Shown here piece by piece: positions 1 to 13,055 of a stretch of 64,000 nt of DNA; the first letter of the stretch is position 1, and every line of letters begins with the position of its first letter. The translations under genes and the position numbers were made by a program. The notes beneath the pieces were generated by a model. The model saw only the letters and a program-made list of their open reading frames with translations, searched no databases and was not told the DNA's origin. The stretch lies in the NCBI GenBank assembly GCA_902554035.1, contig CACDMX010000001.1, positions 58,243 through 122,242 of the forward strand, written 5' to 3'. The stretch comes from an uncultured Pelagibacteraceae bacterium. GTDB lineage: Bacteria; Pseudomonadota; Alphaproteobacteria; Pelagibacterales; Pelagibacteraceae.

Positions 1-989
1 TTGAAATTGATGAAGATTTAGCAGGAGGAGCTTCTTATGACAAACATGGAACTCCAATAACGGATGAAGTGTTTTACAAAGCTCTTGAGAGTGAAGTTGT
101 CATGTTAGGAGCAGTAGGTGGACCTAAATGGGATAATCTGGAATTTTCTAAAAAACCTGAGAGAGCATTATTGAAATTAAGAAAAGAGTTGAAATTATTT
201 GCAAACTTAAGACCTGCAATATGTTTTAAACAATTGGTTGATGCATCCACTCTTAAACCTGAAATTGTCTCTGGCTTAGATATTATGATTGTAAGAGAAT
301 TAACAGGAGGAATATATTTTGGAGAACCAAGAGGGATTAAACCTATAGATAATGGAGAAAGAAAAGGCATTAATACACATACTTATACTAGCAGCGAAAT
401 TATTAGAGTAGCAAGGGTCGCTTTTGATTTAGCTAAAAAAAGATCTAATAGAGTTACTTCGTGTGAGAAATCTAATGTTATGGAGGCAGGACAACTTTGG
501 AAAGAAGAGGTTCAAACTTTACACGATTCAGAATACAAAGAAGTAGAACTAAATCATATGTTAGCAGATAACTGTTCTATGCAATTATTAAGAAATCCAA
601 AACAATTTGATGTCATAGTAACTGATAATCTCTTCGGAGACATGCTTTCTGATCAAGCATCAATGTTAACAGGCTCACTAGGACTTTTACCATCAGCATC
701 TCTTGGCGCAAAAAATAAAGATGGCGAAATGAGAGCTATGTATGAACCAATACATGGTTCAGCTCCAGATATAGCCGGAAAAGGATTGGCAAATCCAATT
801 GCAACAATTTTAAGTTTTGCGATGGCATTAAGATATTCTTTAAATTTGGATAAAGAGGCAGATAATTTGGAAAAAGCGGTCCAAGATGTGCTTAATGACG
901 GTTTAAGAACAAAAGATATAGTTGCAAAGGGAAAAAAAGAAGTATCCACTGTTCAAATGGGGGATGCGATTATTTCAAAATTGAAATAA
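1..989 (+). CDS. leuB: 3-isopropylmalate dehydrogenase (5' end outside window)
   Basis: [37 protein letters not shown] and [13 protein letters not shown] motifs. Frame is open from position 3 ([18 protein letters not shown]), so the gene starts upstream of the window. Confidence 0.97.
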   Translation, partial: EIDEDLAGGASYDKHGTPITDEVFYKALESEVVMLGAVGGPKWDNLEFSKKPERALLKLRKELKLFANLRPAICFKQLVDASTLKPEIVSGLDIMIVRELTGGIYFGEPRGIKPIDNGERKGINTHTYTSSEIIRVARVAFDLAKKRSNRVTSCEKSNVMEAGQLWKEEVQTLHDSEYKEVELNHMLADNCSMQLLRNPKQFDVIVTDNLFGDMLSDQASMLTGSLGLLPSASLGAKNKDGEMRAMYEPIHGSAPDIAGKGLANPIATILSFAMALRYSLNLDKEADNLEKAVQDVLNDGLRTKDIVAKGKKEVSTVQMGDAIISKLK

Positions 990-1014
990 TTTGTATTTTA
1001 ATTAAAATAAGATT

Positions 1015-2781
1015 ATGCCAACTTATAATGCACCAGTTGAAGATATGCTTTTTTTATATGAAAAGCTTAGAGATAACAAAAATTATAATGAGATTGATAA
1101 ATATAAAGAAGTAACAACTGATCTTGTAAAAAATATTTTAGAGGAGGCAGCAAAAATTAATCAAAATTTAATTTTACCTCTTGCAAAAGCTGGAGATGAA
1201 AATCCAACAGTATTAGAAAATGGCGTTGTAAGGACACCTCCTGGTTATAAAGAGGCATATAAAAAATTTATTGAAGATGGATGGACATCATTATCTTGTG
1301 ATCCAAAATATGGTGGACAAGGCATGCCAAAAACTGTGAGTGCATTTTTTGATGAAATGCTATCATCAGCTAGCTTAGCATTTAAGCTCTATAGCGAACT
1401 AACGCTTGGCGCTTATAATTGTATAAATCACCATGCTACAGATGAAATTAAAAATAAATATCTTCCAAAAATGGTTGAGGGTAAATGGAGTGGGACAATG
1501 TGTTTAACTGAACCAGTATGTGGCACAGACTTAGGTTTGCTTAAGACAAAAGCAATAGAGCAACCAGATGGAACATATAAAATTACAGGTCAAAAAATAT
1601 TTATTACATCAGGCGATCATGATTTGACAGAAAATATTATTCATTTAGTAATCGCAAGAGCATCAGACTCACCTAAGGGCACTAAAGGAATCAGTTTATT
1701 TTTAGTTCCAAAATTTATTGTCAAAGAGGACGGATCGATTGGCACTAGAAATGGAATATCGACTGGTTCAATAGAAACTAAAATGGGAATTAAAGGTTCA
1801 GCAACATGTGTTTTAAACTTTGATGAGGCAACGGGATATATGATTGGTCCTAAAAATAAAGGATTGAGTCAAATGTTTACAATGATGAATTTAGAGAGAA
1901 TTGTGGTTGGAATCCAAGGCCTAGGTATTTCTGAAATTGCGTATCAAAACTCATTGATCTATGCAAAAGAGAGAAAGCAAGGAAAAAGTACAAAAAATCA
2001 GTCACCAAATGGAAACGCAGACTTAATTATTGAGCATGCAGATATAAGGAAAACTTTATTAAATATGAAATCTATAATTGAGGGAGAGAGAGCTCTGTGC
2101 TTTTGGTTATCACAACAAACAGAAGTGAGTTTAAACCATAGCGACCAGAAAATAAAACAAGACGCCACAGATATGGTTTCATTAATGACTCCTGTTGTTA
2201 AATCATTATTTTCAGATTTAGGGATGGAAATTACAAGTGATGCAATGCAAATATACGGAGGGTATGGATACACTAAAGATCAAGGTATTGAACAATTATA
2301 CAGAGATAATAGAATAACTCCCATATACGAAGGAACAAACTCTGTTCAAGCAATAGATTTAGTATTTAGAAAACTAGTTAATCAAAACGGAGATATAATT
2401 GATAAGTACATTAGTATGATCAAAGGTGACTTAAATAAAAATAATAAAGACTTAAGCCCTTTTGTTACTAAGTTAGAAATTTATATTGATAAATTAAGCA
2501 AATTTTCAAGTTGGATGAAAGATAAAATAAAAACCTCAAAAGATGATGCAAATGCTGCCTCAAATGATTATTTGAGAGTTCTTGGCTATGTTGCAATTGG
2601 TTATTCGTGGTTAAAGGTTTTAGAAGTGAGTTACAAAGACTATTTAAACAATAAAGATTTTTATGAGGACAAAATACAAACAGCAAATTTCTATTTTAAT
2701 AGAGTTTTACCTAGAGTAGAAAGCCATTATTTATCCGCAACAACAGGCAGTAAATATATAATGGATTTTAAATTTAATTAA
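1015..2781 (+). CDS. dmdC: 3-methylmercaptopropionyl-CoA dehydrogenase (acyl-CoA dehydrogenase family)
   Basis: MCLTEP..GTDL, KIFITSG, KMGIKGSATC and RITPIYEGTN motifs, 588 aa, clustered with dmdB and dmdA as in SAR11. Confidence 0.88.
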   Translation: MPTYNAPVEDMLFLYEKLRDNKNYNEIDKYKEVTTDLVKNILEEAAKINQNLILPLAKAGDENPTVLENGVVRTPPGYKEAYKKFIEDGWTSLSCDPKYGGQGMPKTVSAFFDEMLSSASLAFKLYSELTLGAYNCINHHATDEIKNKYLPKMVEGKWSGTMCLTEPVCGTDLGLLKTKAIEQPDGTYKITGQKIFITSGDHDLTENIIHLVIARASDSPKGTKGISLFLVPKFIVKEDGSIGTRNGISTGSIETKMGIKGSATCVLNFDEATGYMIGPKNKGLSQMFTMMNLERIVVGIQGLGISEIAYQNSLIYAKERKQGKSTKNQSPNGNADLIIEHADIRKTLLNMKSIIEGERALCFWLSQQTEVSLNHSDQKIKQDATDMVSLMTPVVKSLFSDLGMEITSDAMQIYGGYGYTKDQGIEQLYRDNRITPIYEGTNSVQAIDLVFRKLVNQNGDIIDKYISMIKGDLNKNNKDLSPFVTKLEIYIDKLSKFSSWMKDKIKTSKDDANAASNDYLRVLGYVAIGYSWLKVLEVSYKDYLNNKDFYEDKIQTANFYFNRVLPRVESHYLSATTGSKYIMDFKFN

Positions 2782-2787
2782 AAAAAA

Positions 2788-4416
2788 ATGAGCCATTACG
2801 AGAAAAATCTTGATAAAAATAATGCAAATTTTGTTCCATTAACACCCCTATCTTTTTTATTAAGAGCTAAAGATATTTATCCAAATTATGAAGCAATAGT
2901 TTACGAAGATAGAAAATATACTTGGAGCGAAGTGTATAAAAGATGTGTAAAATTTGCTAGTGCACTAAGTAAAATTGGTATTTCCAAAGGTGATACGGTC
3001 TCTTTTTTAGCTTTTAATACTCCAGAGATTTTTGAAGCTCATTATTCTGTACCAATGACAGGAGGAGTATTAAATACAATTAATATAAGGTTAGATGCTA
3101 AGACAATTGCATACATCTTAGATCATAGCGACGCTAAAGCTTTAGTTGTTGATAGACAATTACATTTAGAGGTAAAAAAAGCGTTAAGAGCACTCAAAAA
3201 AAAAATTACTATAATTGATATAAACGATAAATTTGCTGATCAATCGAAATTAGAAAAAATTGGAGATTTAGAATATGAGGAATTTTTAAATACTGGCGAT
3301 GAAAATTTTAAATGGGAAATGCCAGATGATGAGTGGCAAGCAATCTCATTAAGTTATACTTCAGGAACAACAGGCAATCCTAAAGGAGTTGTTTATCATC
3401 ACAGAGGAGCTTATTTAATGTCAACAGGAAGTGCGACTGCGTGGAATATGCCTAATAGATTAAATTTTCTGACGGTTGTACCAATGTTTCACTGTAATGG
3501 ATGGTGTTATCCGTGGACAGTACCAATGCTTAATGGAAGAACAATTTGTCTTAGAGCCATTGATATAAAAAAAATTTTTGAACTTATAGATAAGTATAAT
3601 GTATCCCACTTTGGAGGAGCTCCTATAGTACTGAATATGATAACAGGCGCACCAGAGAGTGAGCGTAAAAAACTTAAAAATAAGGTTTATGTATTAACAG
3701 CTGGTGCTCCACCACCAAGTATTATATTTAAAAAAATGAAAAGTCTTGGATTTGAAGTAATGCATGTTTATGGGTTAACAGAAACTTATGGACATGTAAC
3801 ACAATGTGCTTGGAACGAGGAATGGAACAGTTTAGATGAGGAAAAGCAAAATGAAATAAAAGCCAGGCAAGGAGTTAGATATCCAAATACTGAAGGCGTT
3901 ACAATTATGAATCCAGAGACAATGAAGGAAGTTCCAAGAGATGGGAAAACTATAGGTGAAATAATGATTAGAGGAAATGTAGTTATGAAAGGATATTTCA
4001 AGGATAAGGAAGCTACAGAAAAAGCCATGAAAGATGGTTGGTTTCATACAGGTGATTTAGCAGTTATGCATCCTGATGGTTATGCAAAGATACAAGATAG
4101 ATCTAAAGATATAATTATTTCAGGTGGTGAAAATATTTCCTCTATTGAAATAGAAAATACTTTAGCAAAGCATCCATCTGTATCCATAGCAGCTGTGGTT
4201 GCAAAACCTGATGAAAAATGGGGTGAAGTACCTTGTGCTTTCATTGAAATGGTAAAAGATAAACCAGTTACAGAAAAAGAATTAATAAATTTTTGCAAAG
4301 AGACCCTTGCAGGTTTTAAAGTTCCAAAAAAAGTTGAATTTTGTGAATTGCCAAAAACATCAACAGGAAAAATCCAAAAATTTGAGTTAAGAAAAAAGGC
4401 CAAGGAGTTAAACTGA
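2788..4416 (+). CDS. dmdB: 3-methylmercaptopropionate-CoA ligase (AMP-forming acyl-CoA synthetase)
   Basis: YTSGTTGNPKG, YGLTE, WFHTGD, DRSKDIIISGGEN and PKTSTGK motifs; dmd cluster context. Confidence 0.88.
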   Translation: MSHYEKNLDKNNANFVPLTPLSFLLRAKDIYPNYEAIVYEDRKYTWSEVYKRCVKFASALSKIGISKGDTVSFLAFNTPEIFEAHYSVPMTGGVLNTINIRLDAKTIAYILDHSDAKALVVDRQLHLEVKKALRALKKKITIIDINDKFADQSKLEKIGDLEYEEFLNTGDENFKWEMPDDEWQAISLSYTSGTTGNPKGVVYHHRGAYLMSTGSATAWNMPNRLNFLTVVPMFHCNGWCYPWTVPMLNGRTICLRAIDIKKIFELIDKYNVSHFGGAPIVLNMITGAPESERKKLKNKVYVLTAGAPPPSIIFKKMKSLGFEVMHVYGLTETYGHVTQCAWNEEWNSLDEEKQNEIKARQGVRYPNTEGVTIMNPETMKEVPRDGKTIGEIMIRGNVVMKGYFKDKEATEKAMKDGWFHTGDLAVMHPDGYAKIQDRSKDIIISGGENISSIEIENTLAKHPSVSIAAVVAKPDEKWGEVPCAFIEMVKDKPVTEKELINFCKETLAGFKVPKKVEFCELPKTSTGKIQKFELRKKAKELN

Positions 4417-5192
4417 ACTTAAACGTCGATAATAAAGACGTATTCATATCTACCAGTGGTATGGATATTGATCCAAAAAAACCATCAATACTTTTGATGC
4501 ACGGAAGTGGACTTACACATATAGTTTGGTCCCTACATGAACAGTTTTATTCAGCCAATGGATTTAATGTTTTATCAATTGATTTACCTGGACACGGAGA
4601 TTCGGAGGGACCTTCTCTAAAATCTATTGAGGAAATATCTGATTGGGTAAAAAAATTGATGTTAGCATTGAGTATTTCAAAAATAAGCTTTATGGGTCAT
4701 TCTCAGGGTGCTCTTATAGGAATTGACTTTGCGTCAAGATATCCAGAATTAATTGACAAGTTAGTTTTAGTAGCTGGTTCAAATAAAATGCCAGTTAACA
4801 AGGACCTTATAGATTTAGCAGAATCTGGGGACGAGAAAGCAGTTTTATTAATGATGAAGTGGGGTTATGAAGGTTCAAAAGCTTTTATAGGAGGCAATCC
4901 AGTCAAAAAAATTGTTAATTCTGCAAGGGCTATACGAGAAGTATTAGCGGTAGACTTAAACGCCTGTAATAATTATAAGGATGGCGAAAATGCAATTAAA
5001 AAAATTAATTGTTCAACACTATGCATTTTTGGAGACCTAGATAAAATGGTACCAATTAAGGTTGGAATAAAAATGTCAGAGCAGATAAAAAATTGTGAAT
5101 TAAAAATTATTTCAAATTGTGGTCACATGATACTTTTTGAAAAAGCATTTGAAATGAGAAAATTAGTAAAAGAGTTTATACAAAAAAAATAG
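4413..5192 (+). CDS. alpha/beta-fold hydrolase of the dmd cluster (probable CTG start at 4413; ORF track starts at ATG 4461)
   Basis: HG oxyanion motif, DLPGHG, GHSQG nucleophile elbow, Asp in DKMV and His in CGHM. Frame is open back to 4386, with AAGGAG at 4402-4407. Confidence 0.85.
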   Translation: MNLNVDNKDVFISTSGMDIDPKKPSILLMHGSGLTHIVWSLHEQFYSANGFNVLSIDLPGHGDSEGPSLKSIEEISDWVKKLMLALSISKISFMGHSQGALIGIDFASRYPELIDKLVLVAGSNKMPVNKDLIDLAESGDEKAVLLMMKWGYEGSKAFIGGNPVKKIVNSARAIREVLAVDLNACNNYKDGENAIKKINCSTLCIFGDLDKMVPIKVGIKMSEQIKNCELKIISNCGHMILFEKAFEMRKLVKEFIQKK

Positions 5193-6302
5193 ATGAAAAA
5201 TTATTCTATTGCAAGATCTAGAAGACTTAGAAGTACACCATATACTTCAAGAATTGAAAAACAGGGAGTAACTGCATATACATCATACAACCACATGCTA
5301 TTGCCTGCCGCATTTGGATCTTTGGAGGAATCCTACTATCATTTAAAAGAAAATGTACAAGTTTGGGATGTAGCGGGAGAAAGACAGGTTGAAATTTCTG
5401 GCAAAGATGCAAGCAAATTAGTTCAACTAATGACATGCAGAGATCTTTCAAAATCCAAAATAGGAAGATGTTATTATTGTCCAATTATTGATGATAGAGC
5501 AGGTATTATTAACGATCCTGTAATTTTAAAGTTAAGAGAAGATCGTTGGTGGATTTCTATCGCTGACTCAGATGTCATTTTATTTGCAAAAGGATTAGCA
5601 ATAGGAAAAAAATTTGATGTCAAAATATTTGAGCCAAACGTTGACATATTAGCAGTACAAGGGCCAAAATCTTTTATGCTTATGGAAAAAATATTTGGAA
5701 AAAAAATTACCGAAATGAAATTTTTTGGTTTTGATTATTTTGAATTTGCAGGAGCGAAACATTTAATTGCAAGATCTGGCTGGTCAAAGCAAGGAGGTTA
5801 CGAAATTTATGTAGAAAATACGGAATCTGGCCTTAACTTATACGATAAATTATTTGAGCTTGGCAAAGAATTTAATGTAAAAGCTGGTTGTCCAAATTTA
5901 ATTGAGAGAATTGAAAGTGCTTTATTATCATTTGGTAATGATATGGATTACGATGATAATCCATTAGAGTGTGGATTAGATAAATATGTTAATTTAGATA
6001 CAGATATAAATTTTCTTGGAAAAGAAAAACTTAAAGAAATTAAAAAAAAAGGAGTAACAAGAAAATTAATGGGAGTAATAATTGATGCAAAAGAAATAAG
6101 TGTATCAAAATCAATAAATCTTATTAATGGAAAAAATTCTAAAATTGGAGAATTAAGATCGGGAGTTTATTCGCCACATTTTAAAAAAGTAATAGGGATT
6201 GCAATGATTGATAAACCTTATTGTAAAGTTTCAGAAATATTTAAAATATCAATAAACGGTGAGGTTTTTGAGGGAAAAGTTTGCGATTTACCTTTCATTT
6301 AG
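5193..6302 (+). CDS. dmdA: dimethylsulfoniopropionate demethylase (GcvT/aminomethyltransferase fold)
   Basis: 369 aa; [38 protein letters not shown] and CPNLIERIE match the P. ubique DmdA sequence I recall. Confidence 0.95.
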   Translation: MKNYSIARSRRLRSTPYTSRIEKQGVTAYTSYNHMLLPAAFGSLEESYYHLKENVQVWDVAGERQVEISGKDASKLVQLMTCRDLSKSKIGRCYYCPIIDDRAGIINDPVILKLREDRWWISIADSDVILFAKGLAIGKKFDVKIFEPNVDILAVQGPKSFMLMEKIFGKKITEMKFFGFDYFEFAGAKHLIARSGWSKQGGYEIYVENTESGLNLYDKLFELGKEFNVKAGCPNLIERIESALLSFGNDMDYDDNPLECGLDKYVNLDTDINFLGKEKLKEIKKKGVTRKLMGVIIDAKEISVSKSINLINGKNSKIGELRSGVYSPHFKKVIGIAMIDKPYCKVSEIFKISINGEVFEGKVCDLPFI

Positions 6303-6308
6303 TATAAC
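6281..6308 (+). promoter_or_regulatory. putative sigma70 promoter for asd, mostly inside the dmdA 3' end
   Basis: TTGCGA (6281-6286), 16 nt, TATAAC (6303-6308), 9 nt before the asd ATG. Confidence 0.4.
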
Positions 6309-6317
6309 TAATCCATC

Positions 6318-7313
6318 ATGAATATAGCCATAGTAGGAGCAACAGGAAATGTTGGTAGAAAAATTATTGAAGTTTTAGAAAAAAAAAACTTCTCTCTAAG
6401 TAATTTATATTTAGTTGCATCATCTAAAAGCGCAGGATTAAAATTAAAATTCAGAGGTAAGGAAATTGAAGTTGAGAGTTTAGAAAGCTTTGATTTTTCT
6501 AAAGCTAATATTACTTTTTTTTCGGCGGGAGGAAAGATTTCTGAAAAATATGTTCCACTTGCTGCAAAACACTCGGTCGTGATAGATAATTCAAGTCATT
6601 TTAGAATGGACCCTGATGTTCCTTTAATTGTTCCTCAGGTTAATTCAGATCAATTAAAAAATATTAAAAAAAATATAATTGCAAATCCAAATTGCTCAAC
6701 AGCTCAACTTGTTATTATTTTAAAACCATTACATGATTTATTTAATATTAAAAGGGTAGTTATTTCAACATATCAATCTACTTCAGGTGCTGGTAAAGCG
6801 CCCATGGATGAGCTGATAGAACAAACTAAACTTTCTTTAGATAATAAAAAAATTAATTCAAAAAATTTTACTAAGCAAATTGCATTTAATGCAATCCCTC
6901 ATATTGATGTATTTGTTGATGAGGGATATACAAAAGAGGAAATAAAGATGATTAATGAAACAAAAAAGATTTTGGATAGCAAAATAGAGCTAACTGCAAC
7001 ATGTGTAAGAATTCCTGTGCTAGTTTCTCACTCAGAATCTTTAAATATAGAATTTGAAAAACCATTCACTTTGGAAAAAATTTTTGAAGCTTTAAATAGT
7101 GCTGATGGATGCAAAGTTATTGATGATAGGAAAGATGGAGGCTATATAACCCCAGTCGAAGCTGAAGGAAAAAACGAAACATTTATTTCTAGAATTAGAA
7201 AAGATAACACAATTAAAAATACAATTAATCTTTGGTGTGTTTCAGATAATTTGTTAAGAGGGGCAGCACTGAATTCAGTAGAAATAGCTGAAGCATATAT
7301 AAAAAAAAATTAA
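6318..7313 (+). CDS. asd: aspartate-semialdehyde dehydrogenase
   Basis: GATGNVG, DNSSHFRMD, catalytic ANPNCST, YQSTSGAG, TCVRIPV..H and DNLLRGAALN. Confidence 0.97.
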   Translation: MNIAIVGATGNVGRKIIEVLEKKNFSLSNLYLVASSKSAGLKLKFRGKEIEVESLESFDFSKANITFFSAGGKISEKYVPLAAKHSVVIDNSSHFRMDPDVPLIVPQVNSDQLKNIKKNIIANPNCSTAQLVIILKPLHDLFNIKRVVISTYQSTSGAGKAPMDELIEQTKLSLDNKKINSKNFTKQIAFNAIPHIDVFVDEGYTKEEIKMINETKKILDSKIELTATCVRIPVLVSHSESLNIEFEKPFTLEKIFEALNSADGCKVIDDRKDGGYITPVEAEGKNETFISRIRKDNTIKNTINLWCVSDNLLRGAALNSVEIAEAYIKKN

Positions 7314-7699
7314 TGAAAAACGATAATCCACTATCACCACATATTCAAATTTATAGTTGGCATATTTCATCATTGGTTTCAATTTGTCATAGAATAACTG
7401 GTATTATAAATATAATAATCATAACTTTAATTTGTTTTTGGGTATCATTTTTACTTTTAGGAAATTCAAATTATGAATTAGTATATAATTTTTTTGGAAC
7501 ATTTTTTGCTAAATTTATGATTATTGGGACTGTATGGTCTTTCTCCTTTCAAATTTTAAGTGAAATTAGACATTTATTTTGGGATTTAGGAATAGGATTT
7601 GAATTAAAAACTTCAAATATAACTGGCCTATTAGTTATTTTTGGATCATTTATTTTAACAATTTTTATTTTTATTTTAGGAAGAAATTTATTTTTATGA
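7313..7699 (+). CDS. sdhC: succinate dehydrogenase membrane anchor subunit C
   Basis: PLSPH.QIY, SxxHRITG quinone motif, IRHLFWD, three TM helices; upstream of sdhDAB. Confidence 0.95.
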   Translation: MKNDNPLSPHIQIYSWHISSLVSICHRITGIINIIIITLICFWVSFLLLGNSNYELVYNFFGTFFAKFMIIGTVWSFSFQILSEIRHLFWDLGIGFELKTSNITGLLVIFGSFILTIFIFILGRNLFL

Positions 7700-8025
7700 T
7701 TAATGCAACTAAAAAGTGGATATTTTTAAAAATAAGCTCAGCAATATTAGCTCCTTTGATGTTATGGTTTTTATTTAGCCTGGTTTCATTTTACGATAAA
7801 AGTTATAGCGAGATATTATTATTTTTTACTAGCCAACCAACAAAATTTTTATTTTCATTGTTTATAATTTTTGCTTATTTTTATTCAGCATTGAGTATTA
7901 GTGAGGTTTTTGAAGACTATATTGAGAGTAAAAAATTAAAAAATGTCGCAAACAAATTACTCTTTTTATTTGCTATAATAATACCTATATCAACCTTACT
8001 AACATTATTTAAATTAAGTCTATGA
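7696..8025 (+). CDS. sdhD: succinate dehydrogenase membrane anchor subunit D
   Basis: Three hydrophobic helices, VFEDY quinone motif, ATGA overlaps with sdhC and sdhA. Confidence 0.9.
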   Translation: MINATKKWIFLKISSAILAPLMLWFLFSLVSFYDKSYSEILLFFTSQPTKFLFSLFIIFAYFYSALSISEVFEDYIESKKLKNVANKLLFLFAIIIPISTLLTLFKLSL

Positions 8026-9797
8026 ACAAATATAAAATTATAGAACACGAATATGATGTTGTCGTTTTAGGTGCAGGTGGTGCGGGATTAAGGGCAGCTG
8101 TCGGTTTAAGTGAGGCTGGTTTAAAAACAGCATGCATATCAAAAGTATTTCCTACTAGAAGTCATACATCAGCAGCTCAAGGAGGAATTTCCGCAGCGTT
8201 AGGTAACATGGGTGAGGATGACTGGAGATGGCATATGTATGATACTGTTAAAGGATCTGACTGGTTAGGCGATCAAGATTGTATTGAATATTTATGCAAA
8301 GAAGCACCAAGAGCAGTTTTAGAACTAGAAAAATATGGTGTTCCTTTTAGCCGAACTGAAGATGGAAAAATTTATCAAAGACCTTTTGGGGGGATGACTA
8401 AAAATTATGGGAATGAAACTGTACAAAGAACTTGTGCGGCAGCAGACAGAACTGGTCATGCAATACTACATACAATGTATGGTCAGGCTCTAAAACATAA
8501 TACAGAATTTTTTATTGAATATTTTGCTTTAGACTTATTAATGAAAAATGGTGAATGCAAGGGTTTAATAGCATGGAATTTAAATGATGGAACTATTCAT
8601 AGATTCAGATCACATATTACAATTATAGCCACAGGTGGATATGGAAAAACTTATTATTCATCAACCTCTGCACATACATGCACAGGCGATGGAAATGCAA
8701 TGGTTTTAAGAGCTGGCTTACCTTTGCAGGATATGGAGTTTGTTCAATTTCATCCTACAGGAATCTATGGTCATGGAACTTTAATTTCAGAGGGAGTAAG
8801 AGGCGAAGGTGGCTACTTATTGAACTCTAAAGGAGAAAGATTTATGGAACGCTACGCTCCTAAAGCAAAAGATCTTGCATCAAGAGATGTTGTAAGTAGA
8901 TCCATAGCTGTCGAGATAAACGAAGGTAGAGGAGTTGGAAAAGAAAAAGACCATGTTCATCTCCATTTAAATCACTTAGATCCAAAAGTTATTGAAGAAA
9001 GACTGCCAGGAATTTCTGAATCTTCGAGACTATTCGCTGACGTTGATGTCACTAAAGAGCCAATACCAGTAGTGCCTACTGTGCATTATAACATGGGTGG
9101 TATTCCTACAAACTATAAAGCTGAAGTTTTAACATTAAATGGATCTGAAAAAATTGTTCCTGGGCTAATGGCTATTGGAGAAGCGGCCTGTGTTTCAGTC
9201 CATGGTGCAAATAGATTAGGATCTAACTCATTGATCGATTTAGTTGTTTTTGGAAGAGCTGCAGCTAAAAGAGCGGCAGAAATTGTGAAACCTGGTACAC
9301 CTCACGAAGAAATGCCCAAATCTGAAACAGACAAATGTTTAGATAGATTTGAAAAATTAAGAAATGGTGATGGAAGTAATAGAACTGCAGATTTAAGACT
9401 GGCTATGCAAAAAACTATGCAATCTAAATGTGCAGTTTTTAGAACTGAAAAAACTTTAAAAGAGGGTGTGGAAGAAATTAGAAAACCTTATGACGGTATG
9501 GATTCTATATCCGTAAAAGATAAATCGCTTATTTTTAATACCGACTTAGTAGAAACTCTTGAATTTGATAATTTAATAAGACAGGCTATTGTCACTATAG
9601 ACTCCGCATATGAACGAAAAGAAAGCAGAGGAGCCCATGCAAGAGAGGATCATCCTAAAAGGGACGATAATAATTTTATGAAACATACTTTATCTTGGTG
9701 TGAAGGGAGTAAGACAAAGATTGCATACAGAGACGTTCACAAATCAACTTTAAGTAATGATGTCCAATACTTTCCACCGCAAGAAAGAGTATATTAA
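8022..9797 (+). CDS. sdhA: succinate dehydrogenase flavoprotein subunit
   Basis: GAGGAG, covalent-FAD His in [33 protein letters not shown]. Confidence 0.99.
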   Translation: MNKYKIIEHEYDVVVLGAGGAGLRAAVGLSEAGLKTACISKVFPTRSHTSAAQGGISAALGNMGEDDWRWHMYDTVKGSDWLGDQDCIEYLCKEAPRAVLELEKYGVPFSRTEDGKIYQRPFGGMTKNYGNETVQRTCAAADRTGHAILHTMYGQALKHNTEFFIEYFALDLLMKNGECKGLIAWNLNDGTIHRFRSHITIIATGGYGKTYYSSTSAHTCTGDGNAMVLRAGLPLQDMEFVQFHPTGIYGHGTLISEGVRGEGGYLLNSKGERFMERYAPKAKDLASRDVVSRSIAVEINEGRGVGKEKDHVHLHLNHLDPKVIEERLPGISESSRLFADVDVTKEPIPVVPTVHYNMGGIPTNYKAEVLTLNGSEKIVPGLMAIGEAACVSVHGANRLGSNSLIDLVVFGRAAAKRAAEIVKPGTPHEEMPKSETDKCLDRFEKLRNGDGSNRTADLRLAMQKTMQSKCAVFRTEKTLKEGVEEIRKPYDGMDSISVKDKSLIFNTDLVETLEFDNLIRQAIVTIDSAYERKESRGAHAREDHPKRDDNNFMKHTLSWCEGSKTKIAYRDVHKSTLSNDVQYFPPQERVY

Positions 9798-10570
9798 TGG
9801 TACAAATAAATTTACCTCAAAATTCTAAAGTTCAAAAAGGTAAGTATTATAAAGATCAAACAGGTTCAAAAAATATCAGAAAAGTTAATATTTATAGATG
9901 GGACCCTTCTACAGGGGAGAATCCTCGAATAGACACTTACGAAGTAGATATGGATAATTGTCCTTCAAAAGTACTAGACTTATTAAATAAAATTAAAAAT
10001 GAAATTGATCCCTCTATTGCTTATAGAAGATCATGTGCTCACGGAGTCTGTGGTTCTTGTGCTATGAATATGGATGGAAAAAATGGACTAGCGTGTACAA
10101 AACCACATAAAGAAATCAAAGGAGATATAAATATATACCCATTACCACATTTAAAAGTTCAAAAGGATTTGATCGGTGACTTAAGCACATTATATAAACA
10201 ATACGCATCTGTAGAACCTTGGTTAAAAAACTCAAAAAAAGATGAAAATAAGGAGAATATACAATCAATAGAAGATAGATCAAAATTAGACGGTCTTTAC
10301 GAATGTATAATGTGTGCCTGTTGTTCGACTTCTTGCCCAAGTTATTGGTGGAATGGAGATAAATATCTCGGACCTGCTGTTTTACTTCAAGCCTATAGAT
10401 GGATAATTGATAGTAGGGATGAGGAAAGAAAAGAGAGGCTAAAAAAAGTTGCTGATGAACTTAAGCTTTATAGATGTCATACTATTATGAATTGCACTAA
10501 TGCTTGCCCAAAAGGATTAAACCCAGCAAAAGCAATTGCATCTATAAAGAAAATGCTTGCAACAAGTTAA
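9797..10570 (+). CDS. sdhB: succinate dehydrogenase iron-sulfur subunit
   Basis: Cxxxx[21 protein letters not shown] and [13 protein letters not shown] Fe-S motifs. Confidence 0.99.
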   Translation: MVQINLPQNSKVQKGKYYKDQTGSKNIRKVNIYRWDPSTGENPRIDTYEVDMDNCPSKVLDLLNKIKNEIDPSIAYRRSCAHGVCGSCAMNMDGKNGLACTKPHKEIKGDINIYPLPHLKVQKDLIGDLSTLYKQYASVEPWLKNSKKDENKENIQSIEDRSKLDGLYECIMCACCSTSCPSYWWNGDKYLGPAVLLQAYRWIIDSRDEERKERLKKVADELKLYRCHTIMNCTNACPKGLNPAKAIASIKKMLATS

Positions 10571-10594
10571 TTACTTATTTAAATAATTTTAACG

Positions 10595-13054
<2,460 letters not shown>

Positions 13055-13055
<1 letters not shown>

